From: an uncultured Candidatus Actinomarina sp.
Lineage (GTDB): Bacteria; Actinomycetota; Acidimicrobiia; Actinomarinales; Actinomarinaceae
Assembly (NCBI GenBank): GCA_902555055.1
Contig: CACDQN010000001.1
Location: 39,820-103,819 of the forward strand
Direction of reading: 5' to 3'
DNA: 64,000 bases
Below the pieces are notes generated by a model. That model was not told the DNA's origin. It saw only the letters and a program-made list of their open reading frames with translations, and did no database searches. The translations under genes and the position numbers were made by a program. Of the stretch, positions 27,605-37,164 are shown in pieces; within the stretch, counting starts at the first letter, position 1; each line of letters begins with the position of its first letter.

Positions 27605-28451
27605 AGAGCAAATTTGAAGGAACCTTTATAGGATTATTCTCATATCCAATTCCAAGTAAGTTATTCGGTTTATTTTCACCATGAAAGTCACTTCCTCCTG
27701 AAGCCATTAAGTCATTATCAGATAGCAAGCTAAGAAGTCTGTCCCTAGTAGAAGGGCTGTAACCTGGGTAATAAACTTCAACTCCATCAATTCCAAATGA
27801 CTTCAAGTCTTTTAAATAATTACTGAACTGACTATTAACCCAATTGTTTCTCTTAGAAGAATCATTATTACTCATCAGAGTATGTGGATGAGCAAGAAAG
27901 ATTAAAGATTGAGATTGTTTTGCTAGGTCAATTACCTCTCTAATATCTAGTTGATGGCTATTCAAGTCTTCAATTTTTCCATTACCTAAATATTTTATAA
28001 AGGCTTCACTTATACTGCTCACATAATTTTTTTCAACCATAAGTTTTGCTATGTGAGGCCTTCCAGGAACCTTAGTTTCAAATAGATCAAGTTCTGAATT
28101 TTTAATATCTATATCAATACTTCTAAGATTTTCTAGAACTTTATAATTCCTCTCAACTTTTTGCCTTCTCACTTCTTCTAACTTTATATTTAATGGGTCT
28201 AATTTGTTGATAAAGTAGACCAAGAGGTGCACCCCGGCATATTTATTCTCTGTCTCTAAGCTATACCAGTTTGCACTTACTTCTACTCCATTTATTACTT
28301 TTACATCAGTAGAATTATCAAGCTCTGTGAGGTATTCGTGATCAGTAATAGAAATTGCTTCTAGCTGTAGTGATGCTGCTAATTCCAAGATTTCTTTAGG
28401 CTTAAGTGTCCCATCCGAATTAATTGAATGTGTATGCAAATCTATACTCAT
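27573..28451 (-). CDS. PHP-domain phosphoesterase (TrpH/YciV-like)
   Basis: MSIDLHTHSINSDGT and later AHPH, GSDFHG metal-binding motifs. Confidence 0.85.
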   Translation of the reverse strand: MSIDLHTHSINSDGTLKPKEILELAASLQLEAISITDHEYLTELDNSTDVKVINGVEVSANWYSLETENKYAGVHLLVYFINKLDPLNIKLEEVRRQKVERNYKVLENLRSIDIDIKNSELDLFETKVPGRPHIAKLMVEKNYVSSISEAFIKYLGNGKIEDLNSHQLDIREVIDLAKQSQSLIFLAHPHTLMSNNDSSKRNNWVNSQFSNYLKDLKSFGIDGVEVYYPGYSPSTRDRLLSLLSDNDLMASGGSDFHGENKPNNLLGIGYENNPIKVPSNLLYEMEDAHAKL

Positions 28452-28497
28452 AAAACAAGAGTACTAGGGTCTTTAATTCTTTAATAAACTAATTAGA

Positions 28498-29718
28498 ATG
28501 TTTCCAATGACTTTAATAGTACAAAAATATGGCGGAACTAGTGTTGCAGATACAAACTCGTTAAAACTAGTTGCTGAAAGAATTATTGAATGTAAGGAGG
28601 ACAATAATGATGTTGTTGTGGTACCTTCTGCAATGGGTTCAAGCACAGATGAATTAATACATCTTGCTAGTCAGCTTTCTGAGAAACCCACCCCACGAGA
28701 AATGGACATGCTGTTATCAGCCGGTGAGAGAATCACCATGTCGTTACTATCTATGCATTTAAATAGTTTGGGATATAGCTCTTTTTCTTTAACGGGCTCA
28801 CAAGCAGGAATCATTACAACATCTAGGCATGGAAAAGCAGAGATTGAAGAAATTACTGGAGAAAGAGTTAAAGAAGGAATAGACCAAGGAGATATTGTTA
28901 TTGTTGCTGGTTTTCAAGGGTTTAATAGAGACACAAGAGAGATCACAACCTTAGGAAGAGGGGGGTCCGACGCAACAGCGGTTGCATTAGCAGCAGCTTT
29001 AGGAGCTGAGCGATGCGAAATTTTTACAGATGTTGAAGGTGTTTATACAGCTGACCCAAGAATAATTACAAATGCACAATTAATAGATGAAATTACATAT
29101 GATGAAATGTTGGAAATGTCTTCATCAGGTGCAGGAGTACTAATGGCAAGGTCAGTAGAATTTGGTAGAAGGTATAATGTACCAATAATTGTAAAATCAA
29201 CATTTAAGAACAATAAAGGGACACTAGTAAAAGAAAAGGTTATGGAAGAAGCAATAGTAAGTGGAGTCACTCACAATGACAAAGAAATAAAGTTCACCTT
29301 ATTTGGCGTTCCGGATCAACCTGGAATTGCTGGAACAGTATTTGGGTCTCTTTCAGAAATTGGAACAAATGTAGACATGATTGTTCAAAATGTTTCCAAG
29401 GATTCCATTACCGATATTTCTTTTACGGCCCCTTCCGAACAACAAAGCGAAGTAGAAGAAGTTCTTAAGCAAATATCTGATAAGTTAAATGCTAAAGGAT
29501 TTGATGTAGATCAAAATATTGGCAGGGTCTCAATAATTGGCGCAGGAATGAAGTCTGAATCAGGAGTTGCCTCAAAAATGTTTAAAATTTTAGGAGAAAG
29601 TGGAATAAATATTTCTATGATTTCTACATCCCCAATACGGGTTTCATGTGTCATTAATAGTAAAGACATTGATCAAGCATTAAACGTTTTACATGAAGAA
29701 TTTATAACTAAAAAATGA
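28498..29718 (+). CDS. lysC: Aspartate kinase
   Basis: VQKYGGTSV, GRGGSD, two C-terminal ACT domains. An in-frame internal ATG at 29242 (MEEAIVSGV) matches the position of the beta-subunit start known in Corynebacterium and Mycobacterium. Confidence 0.95.
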   Translation: MFPMTLIVQKYGGTSVADTNSLKLVAERIIECKEDNNDVVVVPSAMGSSTDELIHLASQLSEKPTPREMDMLLSAGERITMSLLSMHLNSLGYSSFSLTGSQAGIITTSRHGKAEIEEITGERVKEGIDQGDIVIVAGFQGFNRDTREITTLGRGGSDATAVALAAALGAERCEIFTDVEGVYTADPRIITNAQLIDEITYDEMLEMSSSGAGVLMARSVEFGRRYNVPIIVKSTFKNNKGTLVKEKVMEEAIVSGVTHNDKEIKFTLFGVPDQPGIAGTVFGSLSEIGTNVDMIVQNVSKDSITDISFTAPSEQQSEVEEVLKQISDKLNAKGFDVDQNIGRVSIIGAGMKSESGVASKMFKILGESGINISMISTSPIRVSCVINSKDIDQALNVLHEEFITKK

Positions 29719-30701
29719 AAATAGCTGTAGTTGGCGCAACTGGTCTTGTTGGTCGAAAGATTATTAATCTCTGTGAAGAGTATTTTGAGAGCGACGTTCA
29801 ATACTCTTTATACGCATCTAGTAAATCTGCAGGATCTGAATTAACTATAAATAATAGAAATATTGTAGTTCAGGAATTAAATGAAAAAAATATACTTAAT
29901 TTTGATCTAGTACTTTTCTCAGCTGGTGGTGAAAGAGCTCAGTTGTATGCTAAAAGTTTTGTTGATAAAGGTGCTTTTGTAATAGACAATTCTTCAGCTT
30001 TCCGGATGCTTGATGACGTACCGCTAGTAGTTTATGGAGTTAACGAAGAAGCAATTACCAAAAGCACTAAACTGATTTCCAATCCTAATTGTACGACAAT
30101 GGGACTTGTAATGTCTCTGAAGCCATTACACGATGCTTTTGTTTTAAAATCGATCACCCCAACTTCCTATCAGGCAGTATCTGGATCCGGAACAAGAGCT
30201 GTTGAGTCACTTGAGAAAGAACTAACTTTAAGTGATAATCTACTATCAGATTATTCTGAGGGATTCTACGGACAACCAGTAGCTAAAAATGTTATACCTG
30301 TTGCGGGTAACCTTCTTGAAAATGGGTACTCAGATGAAGAGATGAAGTTTGTAAACGAGTCTAGAAAAATTCTCTCAATGAAAAATTTAATCGTGGAACC
30401 CTCCAATGCAAGGGTTGGGGTTAAAACAGGTCATGGAACATTTTGTTCAGCAGTATTTGAGAATCAAGTTGATGTTGGTAGTGCTATTAACTTACTTTCA
30501 CAATTTGATGGAGTTGAATATTGGTCGGATAAATTGGCTACACCTCTTGATGCTGAGGGACAAAACAATGTCTTAGTTTCAAGATTAAGACAAGGTCTTT
30601 CAAGTAATAAAATTTTAAACTTCTGGGTGGTCTCAGATAATTTGCTTAAAGGGGCTGCTTTAAATGCTGTACAAATTGCAAAACATGTTTCAACGTTATG
30701 A
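29715..30701 (+). CDS. asd: Aspartate-semialdehyde dehydrogenase
   Basis: VGATGLVG Rossmann motif, SNPNCTT active-site Cys. Its start overlaps the lysC stop (ATGA), the ask-asd arrangement typical of Actinobacteria. Confidence 0.93.
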   Translation: MKIAVVGATGLVGRKIINLCEEYFESDVQYSLYASSKSAGSELTINNRNIVVQELNEKNILNFDLVLFSAGGERAQLYAKSFVDKGAFVIDNSSAFRMLDDVPLVVYGVNEEAITKSTKLISNPNCTTMGLVMSLKPLHDAFVLKSITPTSYQAVSGSGTRAVESLEKELTLSDNLLSDYSEGFYGQPVAKNVIPVAGNLLENGYSDEEMKFVNESRKILSMKNLIVEPSNARVGVKTGHGTFCSAVFENQVDVGSAINLLSQFDGVEYWSDKLATPLDAEGQNNVLVSRLRQGLSSNKILNFWVVSDNLLKGAALNAVQIAKHVSTL

Positions 30702-31360
30702 ATGATTCTAAATCACTACTGTCTCAGAAGAAAAGAAAAATTTTGGGCCCAATTGGAAGAATATTATTAAAAGTATTTAATTGGAAGATTGAGGGTGAAA
30801 TCCCTGACTTAAAAAAAATGATATTAATTGGCCTTCCCCATACCGCAATGAGAGATGCATGGTATGCGTTACTTGCAGTTTGGGCGTTAGATTTAAAAAT
30901 TAATTTTTTTGGCGCTGCATGGGTGTTTACTCGACTTCCAAGCCTTTTTACTATTTCAAAAAATTTAGACAGACTTGGAGTTCCGTGGCCATTATGGTGG
31001 TTGCAAAAATATTTAATGTTAAAACTAGGAGGTATACCTGTTTATAGGGTTAATTCAAAAGGCTTAATTCACGGAGCTGTAGAAGAATTTAAAGATATAG
31101 ATAATTATATTTTAGTGATTGCACCTGAAGCAGGAACTGAGCCTGTCAAAAAGTTTAGAAGTGGATTTTATTATTTAGCCAAAGGTTTAAACATTCCTTA
31201 TGTGCCAATTGAAATAGATTTTAAAAATCGTTGCTTCAAGATTCATCAACATAGATTCGTTAAAGGAAGTTTTGAAGAAGAATCAGAAAAAATAATTGAC
31301 CTTTTTGAAGGAGTTCAGGGAGCAACTAGATCGTTTAAAATGCTACAAGAAAAGGAATAA
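30698..31360 (+). CDS. PlsC-like acyltransferase (tentative)
   Basis: 220 aa. HxxxxD motif (PHTAMRD) and later IAPEAGT block. Confidence 0.5.
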   Translation: MNDSKSLLSQKKRKILGPIGRILLKVFNWKIEGEIPDLKKMILIGLPHTAMRDAWYALLAVWALDLKINFFGAAWVFTRLPSLFTISKNLDRLGVPWPLWWLQKYLMLKLGGIPVYRVNSKGLIHGAVEEFKDIDNYILVIAPEAGTEPVKKFRSGFYYLAKGLNIPYVPIEIDFKNRCFKIHQHRFVKGSFEEESEKIIDLFEGVQGATRSFKMLQEKE

Positions 31361-32051
31361 ATAAACTTAATATGTAGTTTCCGACTGGGATTTTTTTTAT
31401 TCCCAAAAGATTTATTCCAACACCAATTAGTAAAATTCCACCAATACCTGCTATGGAGTCCGAAATCCATGGCTCGATATTTGAATTTATTAATAAAGCG
31501 CATAGAGTAAAGAAACCCTGATAAATTAATATTGAAACTCCAGAATATACTGCTCCTTTACCACCACTAGATGTAATAAATATAACTAAAAAACAATCAA
31601 GTGCAGTTTTTATTAGAAGTAACTCTAAATTAGATTCAACAACATCGAAAAAAGGGCCAATAATAGCCAAAGGACCAGTTACAACTATTAAGGTTGTAGT
31701 TAAATAGCTTTCAATAAATCGACTTTGATCAGGGTCAGATTTTTCAAATTTCTTATATAGGTAATCTCCAAAATTTTTAATTTTATCCTCAATTTTTAGA
31801 AGATTTCCAAGTACAGCCCCTAGGATTATTGCGAAAAGGGTAAATATAAAACCTGATATCTCAAAGCTTAGGATTAGAACATAGTCAGGACTTTTTAATG
31901 TTTCTCTAAAACCCAGAGCTAACACTAATAAACCTAGAGGAAGTAAGTTTTCTTCAAAATTCCTCACCTCTTTTTTGAATATTATACGAGATAAAATACC
32001 AACAAATAGTACGCCTACTCCATTAACAATTGTCCCGATACCAGGAATCAT
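31335..32051 (-). CDS. DUF554-type integral membrane protein
   Basis: 238 aa. N-terminus MIPGIGTIVNGVGVL and overall TM layout resemble DUF554 (YdfK-like) proteins. Confidence 0.65.
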   Translation of the reverse strand: MIPGIGTIVNGVGVLFVGILSRIIFKKEVRNFEENLLPLGLLVLALGFRETLKSPDYVLILSFEISGFIFTLFAIILGAVLGNLLKIEDKIKNFGDYLYKKFEKSDPDQSRFIESYLTTTLIVVTGPLAIIGPFFDVVESNLELLLIKTALDCFLVIFITSSGGKGAVYSGVSILIYQGFFTLCALLINSNIEPWISDSIAGIGGILLIGVGINLLGIKKIPVGNYILSLFIPFLVAF

Positions 32052-32614
32052 TTTCTATTAAAATCTGTATGGCTTTTGCTTGGAGTAGGACCTTCTTGAC
32101 CTTGATATTTACTTCCATACAAATCAGAACCATATTCTGATTCTGATGGAGAGTTAAGGTAGTAAAAAGATATTTGTCCAATTTTCATTTCTGGATAAAT
32201 TTTTATAGGAAGATTTGCAACATTAGAAAGTTCTAATGTTAAATATCCAGAAAAACCTGGGTCGACAAAACCTGCAGTGGAGTGAATTAGTAATCCAATT
32301 CTACCTAAAGAACTTTTACCTTCCAGTCTTGCAACTACTTTGTTTGATAGCGTTACCTTCTCATAAGTTGTTCCCAAGACAAATTCTCCAGGATGAAGTA
32401 CAAAAGGCTCATTCTGAGAAGCGGTAACCAAGGTTGTTAAATCATCTTGCTGTGCTTTTGGATCAATATGAGAATATTTGTGATTTTCAAATACTCTAAA
32501 ATCTGAACCTACCCTCAGATCTACACTCGATGGTTGTATATAGTCTTCATCTAAAGGGGATATTTCTATCTCGTTGTTTTTTAAAGATTTTTTTATGTCT
32601 TTATCTGATAACAT
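32048..32614 (-). CDS. dcd: dCTP deaminase (possibly the bifunctional dCTP deaminase/dUTPase form)
   Basis: 188 aa. MLSDKDI, QPSSVDLR, HSTAGFVDPGF, LELSN motifs. Confidence 0.92.
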   Translation of the reverse strand: MLSDKDIKKSLKNNEIEISPLDEDYIQPSSVDLRVGSDFRVFENHKYSHIDPKAQQDDLTTLVTASQNEPFVLHPGEFVLGTTYEKVTLSNKVVARLEGKSSLGRIGLLIHSTAGFVDPGFSGYLTLELSNVANLPIKIYPEMKIGQISFYYLNSPSESEYGSDLYGSKYQGQEGPTPSKSHTDFNRK

Positions 32615-32659
32615 TTAATCCCTTTGTTCTTTGAATATAATAACCTATTTTTTTGAATT

Positions 32660-32860
32660 TTATCTACTTATTAAAGAAGCAATTGACCAAATACTAATGA
32701 CTAGACCTACAGATAATAGAAACAATGTTCTTGATAGAAAAAGTTCAGTATTATCTCTTTTCGATTTAATAATTGCTGCAAGATTTCCAGCAACCATTGC
32801 TGTACCAACTCCAAAGATCAAGAGAATTATCGTTAAATCTAATGCGAAGGGATCATTCAT
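32660..32860 (-). CDS. Small two-TM membrane protein (66 aa), hypothetical
   Basis: MNDPFALDLTIILLIFGVGTAMVAGNLAAII...LFLLSVGLVISIWSIASLI. It fills the dcd-kinase spacer. The competing plus-strand reading (32631-32870) has no kinase-like sequence. Confidence 0.4.
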   Translation of the reverse strand: MNDPFALDLTIILLIFGVGTAMVAGNLAAIIKSKRDNTELFLSRTLFLLSVGLVISIWSIASLISR

Positions 32861-32870
32861 ATCTTATATT

Positions 32871-33728
32871 ATGATAATGAATATGTTTGAAGTAAATAAA
32901 ATCGTTGATATATTTTTAAAATATCAAATCTCAACTGAAAAAGATACCAGTAATTATTTGATTAGGCCAATGGAGGGTGGAATCACCAATACTAGTTTTA
33001 TTGTTTCTGTAAACAACTTCACTTATGTCATAAGAATTCCTGGTAATAATCCAGATGTAATTAATAGAAAAGCGGAAAAACATAATATGAAAAAAGCTGA
33101 AGAATTGGGAATAACCCTTCCTTCTATATTCTTTGATGAGGATAGTGGAATCAAGATTTCCGAATATTTCGACATTTACACATATAGTAAATCTGACTTT
33201 CAAAATAACACTATGAGGGAGAATGCCTTAAAAAAACTAAAAGAACTTCATGAGTCTAACATAATTTTTCAAGAGAACTTCTCACCTTTAACTGTATTTA
33301 GAAATATTGCAGACGAATCTTCAAATTTAGAACTGGAAGCTAAAGAAGCTGGAGAAAAAATAATTGTAAAATTGTTAGATATTGGAATTGAAAGCAGGCC
33401 CTGTCACCAAGATTTGTACCATGGTAATTTTATTATTTATAAAGATGAGACCTTACTAATTGATTGGGAGTACTCATCAATGGGAGATATTTACTTTGAT
33501 TATGCTGATTTATTTTGGCAAAATGAGTTTGATCACGATTTAGATCTTAGAAAAAAAACCTTAGAAGAGATTGGTATTCAATCAATTGAAAACAAAGAGA
33601 AATTTGAGTATTTTGAAGTGTTATCAATGATTACCTGGGGATTATGGGCAATGAAAAGATCTTCTAATAGCCCGCATGGAAAAAAGGCATTAAATAATGC
33701 AATTACACTTTTAGAAAATAAAAATTAG
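32871..33728 (+). CDS. Choline/ethanolamine kinase-like phosphotransferase (APH family)
   Basis: GGITNTSF P-loop-like motif, Brenner motif CHQDLYHGNF, IDWEYSSMGD. The start is set at the first ATG (32871) after the hydrophobic antisense-like extension of the track ORF. Confidence 0.8.
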   Translation: MIMNMFEVNKIVDIFLKYQISTEKDTSNYLIRPMEGGITNTSFIVSVNNFTYVIRIPGNNPDVINRKAEKHNMKKAEELGITLPSIFFDEDSGIKISEYFDIYTYSKSDFQNNTMRENALKKLKELHESNIIFQENFSPLTVFRNIADESSNLELEAKEAGEKIIVKLLDIGIESRPCHQDLYHGNFIIYKDETLLIDWEYSSMGDIYFDYADLFWQNEFDHDLDLRKKTLEEIGIQSIENKEKFEYFEVLSMITWGLWAMKRSSNSPHGKKALNNAITLLENKN

Positions 33729-33799
33729 AAAAGATTTTCATTTAATAGTAGAAATGGGTTAGAATTTCGCAGTTAGGAAAAAAGGAAAAAATTTTAATT

Positions 33800-33896
33800 T
33801 ATGGGATCTTTGATTAAAAAAAGACGTAAAAAAATGTCAAAACATAAATATCGTAAACGTCGTAAATCAAACAGACATAAAAAGAAGAGCGTCTAG
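33800..33896 (+). pseudogene. 30S ribosomal protein bS22-like gene, split between two frames by one extra A in an A-run (as given)
   Basis: From ATG 33800 the reading is MGSLIKKRRKKMSKT*, with TAA at 33845-33847. The +1 frame continues KHKYRKRRKSNRHKKKSV* to TAG 33894-33896 and has no start codon of its own. Joined, the sequence resembles actinobacterial bS22 (MGSVIKKRRKRMSKKKHRK..., recalled from memory). Three A-runs (A7, A7, A5) lie at the junction. An AGGA-rich RBS lies upstream. Confidence 0.6.
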
Positions 33897-34745
33897 TTAA
33901 AGATCTCTCTCTTCATTAAGAAAATCTTCAATTTGTTGAACGAGGTTATCTTCTGAAAAATTGTCTTCTATACTTACTTCAGCTTCTTCCAATTTAGATA
34001 CATATTCGGCTAAATCTTGGGAGTTCTCCATAGCTTTATTAATCTTTAATTCAAATTGTTGTCCTTCACTTTGAATACCAGAGTCGTCAATATCAATTTT
34101 TAATATATCAGATGTTTTACTCAATAATGCTCCCATACCTTTAGGGTAACCTCCACTACTTAAGTAGTGAGGGACTGCAGCCCAAAGACCAGAAGTTTCT
34201 ATACCACTATCTCTGAGTGATTGTCCTACAACACTGGTAATGCCTGTTGGGCCAGAGTAATTTGGATTCAGTACATTGAACCTTGAATGGAAAGTGGGAT
34301 CACTACTTACTCCAAAGATTGGTACAGGAAGGGTGTGGGCTACTTGCCCAAAAAAAGCACCAAGAGTAACAGCCTTTTTTACTCCAAGCTCAAGAAGCGT
34401 TTCAGTAATATTTTTTGAATATTCTTTCCATCTCATGGAAGGCTCCTCACCAAAAACTAAAATTAAATCACTCTTTAACTTATAGTCTTCAATTGAATAA
34501 AAAGATGTTTGTGGCCAGTGAAAATTTCTCTCCCCAAAGTCTTTTACTTCTACTACAGGTCTTCTCATTTGATAGTTGTAATAAGAATCAGAATCCAACT
34601 CTGCAAAAGGTTCCACTTCATATGTACAACTTAAATTTTCTACACATCCGGTAGCAGTATTTCCAGCGTCACTCCACCCTTCAAAAGCAAGGATTGCGAC
34701 GGGCTCTGATAAAAGAGGCTTACGATACCAAACTACATCTTCCAT
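33897..34745 (-). CDS. PAC2 (proteasome assembly chaperone 2-like) family protein
   Basis: 282 aa. N-terminal LAFEGWSDAGN and acidic C-terminal tail, as in actinobacterial PAC2-family proteins. Confidence 0.75.
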   Translation of the reverse strand: MEDVVWYRKPLLSEPVAILAFEGWSDAGNTATGCVENLSCTYEVEPFAELDSDSYYNYQMRRPVVEVKDFGERNFHWPQTSFYSIEDYKLKSDLILVFGEEPSMRWKEYSKNITETLLELGVKKAVTLGAFFGQVAHTLPVPIFGVSSDPTFHSRFNVLNPNYSGPTGITSVVGQSLRDSGIETSGLWAAVPHYLSSGGYPKGMGALLSKTSDILKIDIDDSGIQSEGQQFELKINKAMENSQDLAEYVSKLEEAEVSIEDNFSEDNLVQQIEDFLNEERDL

Positions 34746-34788
34746 AATGAAAGGTTAACCCTGAATCAAATTTATTTAATATAAATTT

Positions 34789-36885
34789 TTATAGTTTTCT
34801 TGCTGAATTAAGCACTACTGAAATACTTGATAGAGCCATTGCCAAAGCAGCAAGGTTAGGAGTGATTAAACCAACTACGGCCAGTGGGATCATCAAAGTA
34901 TTGTAAATAAAAGCTAAAAATAAATTTTGATTAATCCTAAATTTTGATTTTTTTGATAAATTAAAAACTTCATTTAATGTTTCAAGACCTCCTTTGTAAA
35001 TCAGAATATCACCTGAAACTTGTGCTATTTGACTACTAGAGGATGTTGTCACACCAACGTCAGCTTGTTTTATTGCAGGAGAATCATTGATGCCATCTCC
35101 GATAAATATAACGCCACCATTGTTTTGTCTATCTTTTATAAATTGTAGTTTCTCTTCTGGATCTTTATTTGAGTAGTATTCAGCTATTCCATGTTTTTCT
35201 GCAAATCTCCTAACATTATCTTCTTTATCTCCAGATAAAATAGTGATGTTTTTTTCTTTCCTTAATTTTTCTAAAAAGTTTAAATCGATGGCTGATTCCT
35301 CTTCTAGGTTTAAAATAAATTCTTTTTCATCAATCATAATTTTTAAAGAGGGCAAGTTGCTATTTTTATTTTTTGTAATAACAATCATTTTCTCTGCAAC
35401 AAATCCTTCTATGCCAACACCTGAAGTTTCCTTAACATTCGAAGCTGGTAAAAGCTCTAAATCCCTAAGCTCAGCTTCATAAACAATACTTTTTGCTATT
35501 GGATGCTGAGAATAGTTCTCAAGACTACTTACTAACTGAAGTAAATTCTCTTCTGTAATATCTTGGTATGGATTTTCAATTTTAGTAATTTTAAAAATAC
35601 CTGAAGATAAAGTACCTGTTTTGTCAAAGACCATATTATTTATATCGCCAAATCTCTGAAGTATGTCAAAGTTCTTAAACAAAAAACCTCTCGTTTTGCT
35701 TACAGTGGCAGTTTTAAATAACACTATCGGTGTAGCTAGCCCCAGGGCACAAGGACATGCAATAACTAATATAGCTATGGTATTTCTTAAGGCATCTAAA
35801 ACTTCAGCATCTTGAAATATAAAATTATAAATAAAAGTAGAAAAGCTAATAAACAGCACAAGAGGAACAAAAAGTTGGGTTATCCTATCAAGAGACTTTT
35901 GAATTTTTGGCTTTGTTGCTTGTGCGTTACGAATTAAATCTTCAATTAGATTGTATGTAGATTGCTGATAGGACTCCACAACCTCAATCTTTAGTAGTCC
36001 TTCAAGATTAACACTACCTCCTACAACTTCTTCTCCAACATCTTTTCTGATAGGAAGAGCTTCTCCAGTAAGAAGACTTTCATCTACTGTAGATTTTCCT
36101 TCAACAATAATTCCATCAACAGGGATAATTTCTCCAGCTTTAACATCAAATAAATCTTCTTTTTGAATTTCCTTAATTGGAATATCAATTTTCTTATTAT
36201 TCCTTAATACGATAAGAGTTTTTGGCATTCTGCTTTTGATAGACTCAGATGTTTTTACAGATTCTTCAATAACCCTATCTTCAACAGATTTACCTATTAA
36301 GAGAAATGAAATTATAAAAGCACCTGTATCTAAAAACATTTTATTATCATTTATTGAAATTGAAGTTGAGGTAATTAGCTCAACTGGGATAATTGATATT
36401 ATTAGTGAACTTAAACTACCTAAGGAAATTAAAGTATCCATATTAAAATCAAGATGTCGTAATTTCTTAATTGCCGAAATATGAAAATTTCTGCCTAAAA
36501 ATAAAATAATAAAAAAACCAAGAGTGTATGCGATCAAATCGTAACCTGATTGAAAAAAGTATTTTAAGGAAGCAGCTAATAAAATTGATAATATTGGCAC
36601 ATATAAATTAAATTTATTTTTTTTATGTTCGTTCTCTTCTTGAGCCTCTCTTGCTTTATAGCCGATTTTGTTAACTGATTCGATAACTTCTTCTAACTGA
36701 AAATTACTATTTTCTATAATGTCTATTGTTGCTAATTTCAAAGGGAAGCTGACTGAGGAGTCTAGAACATCACTATTTTTAGATAAGATACGTTCGATTC
36801 TTGCTGCGCAGGCAGCACAAGTCATACCATCAATGTCTAAATTGATTGATTTAGTTTGATTCGACAACTGTATAGCCTTGTTCAT
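34789..36885 (-). CDS. copA: Copper-translocating P1B-type ATPase
   Basis: N-terminal HMA domain ([12 protein letters not shown]), TGE, CPC ([11 protein letters not shown]), [17 protein letters not shown]. Confidence 0.92.
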   Translation of the reverse strand: MNKAIQLSNQTKSINLDIDGMTCAACAARIERILSKNSDVLDSSVSFPLKLATIDIIENSNFQLEEVIESVNKIGYKAREAQEENEHKKNKFNLYVPILSILLAASLKYFFQSGYDLIAYTLGFFIILFLGRNFHISAIKKLRHLDFNMDTLISLGSLSSLIISIIPVELITSTSISINDNKMFLDTGAFIISFLLIGKSVEDRVIEESVKTSESIKSRMPKTLIVLRNNKKIDIPIKEIQKEDLFDVKAGEIIPVDGIIVEGKSTVDESLLTGEALPIRKDVGEEVVGGSVNLEGLLKIEVVESYQQSTYNLIEDLIRNAQATKPKIQKSLDRITQLFVPLVLFISFSTFIYNFIFQDAEVLDALRNTIAILVIACPCALGLATPIVLFKTATVSKTRGFLFKNFDILQRFGDINNMVFDKTGTLSSGIFKITKIENPYQDITEENLLQLVSSLENYSQHPIAKSIVYEAELRDLELLPASNVKETSGVGIEGFVAEKMIVITKNKNSNLPSLKIMIDEKEFILNLEEESAIDLNFLEKLRKEKNITILSGDKEDNVRRFAEKHGIAEYYSNKDPEEKLQFIKDRQNNGGVIFIGDGINDSPAIKQADVGVTTSSSSQIAQVSGDILIYKGGLETLNEVFNLSKKSKFRINQNLFLAFIYNTLMIPLAVVGLITPNLAALAMALSSISVVLNSARKL

Positions 36886-37060
36886 CTAACAAACTGGTTA
36901 CAACCCCCATGTCTATTGCATCAGTTGAATTAACTTCAACTAACTTCTTGTCAATATTGACAGATACATCTTGAACCGATTCGATAGTATTTATAGCTGA
37001 CTCAATTGTTTCTTTACAATGTCCACAGCTAATTTCAGGTACAGTAAATTTTGTTTCCAT
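36851..37060 (-). CDS. copZ: Copper chaperone CopZ (HMA domain)
   Basis: 69 aa. [20 protein letters not shown] carries the MxCxHC-type metal site. Overlaps the copA start by 35 nt. Confidence 0.88.
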   Translation of the reverse strand: METKFTVPEISCGHCKETIESAINTIESVQDVSVNIDKKLVEVNSTDAIDMGVVTSLLDEQGYTVVESN

Positions 37061-37093
37061 ATCTTTATAATAATATTGAGTAATTTATAAAAT

Positions 37094-37114
37094 AAGCCCC
37101 TAAATTAGGGGCTT
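37094..37114 (-). terminator. GC-rich palindrome AAGCCCCTAA-A-TTAGGGGCTT: intrinsic terminator of the upstream small gene and/or operator of copZA
   Basis: On the minus strand the hairpin is followed by AUUUUAU and lies about 50 nt after the stop of the 37165-37359 gene. It also sits 34-54 nt upstream of the copZ ATG. Confidence 0.6.
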
Positions 37115-37164
37115 ATAAGAAACCTCTTGGGGGAGATTTCGATAGGGGGGGGGATGGTTAAAAC

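Noticed and set aside
32631-32870. N-terminal 80-codon extension of the kinase ORF in the track
   Set aside because: No similarity to APH or choline-kinase N-termini. It mirrors a hydrophobic minus-strand ORF, and the kinase-like sequence begins after ATG 32871.
37145-37153. G9 homopolymer as a phase-variation switch or G-quadruplex
   Set aside because: It lies in the 3' untranslated region between a stop codon and a terminator, not in a CDS or promoter spacer. There are too few regularly spaced G-tracts to argue for a quadruplex. It is kept only as a remark inside the copZA-palindrome finding.
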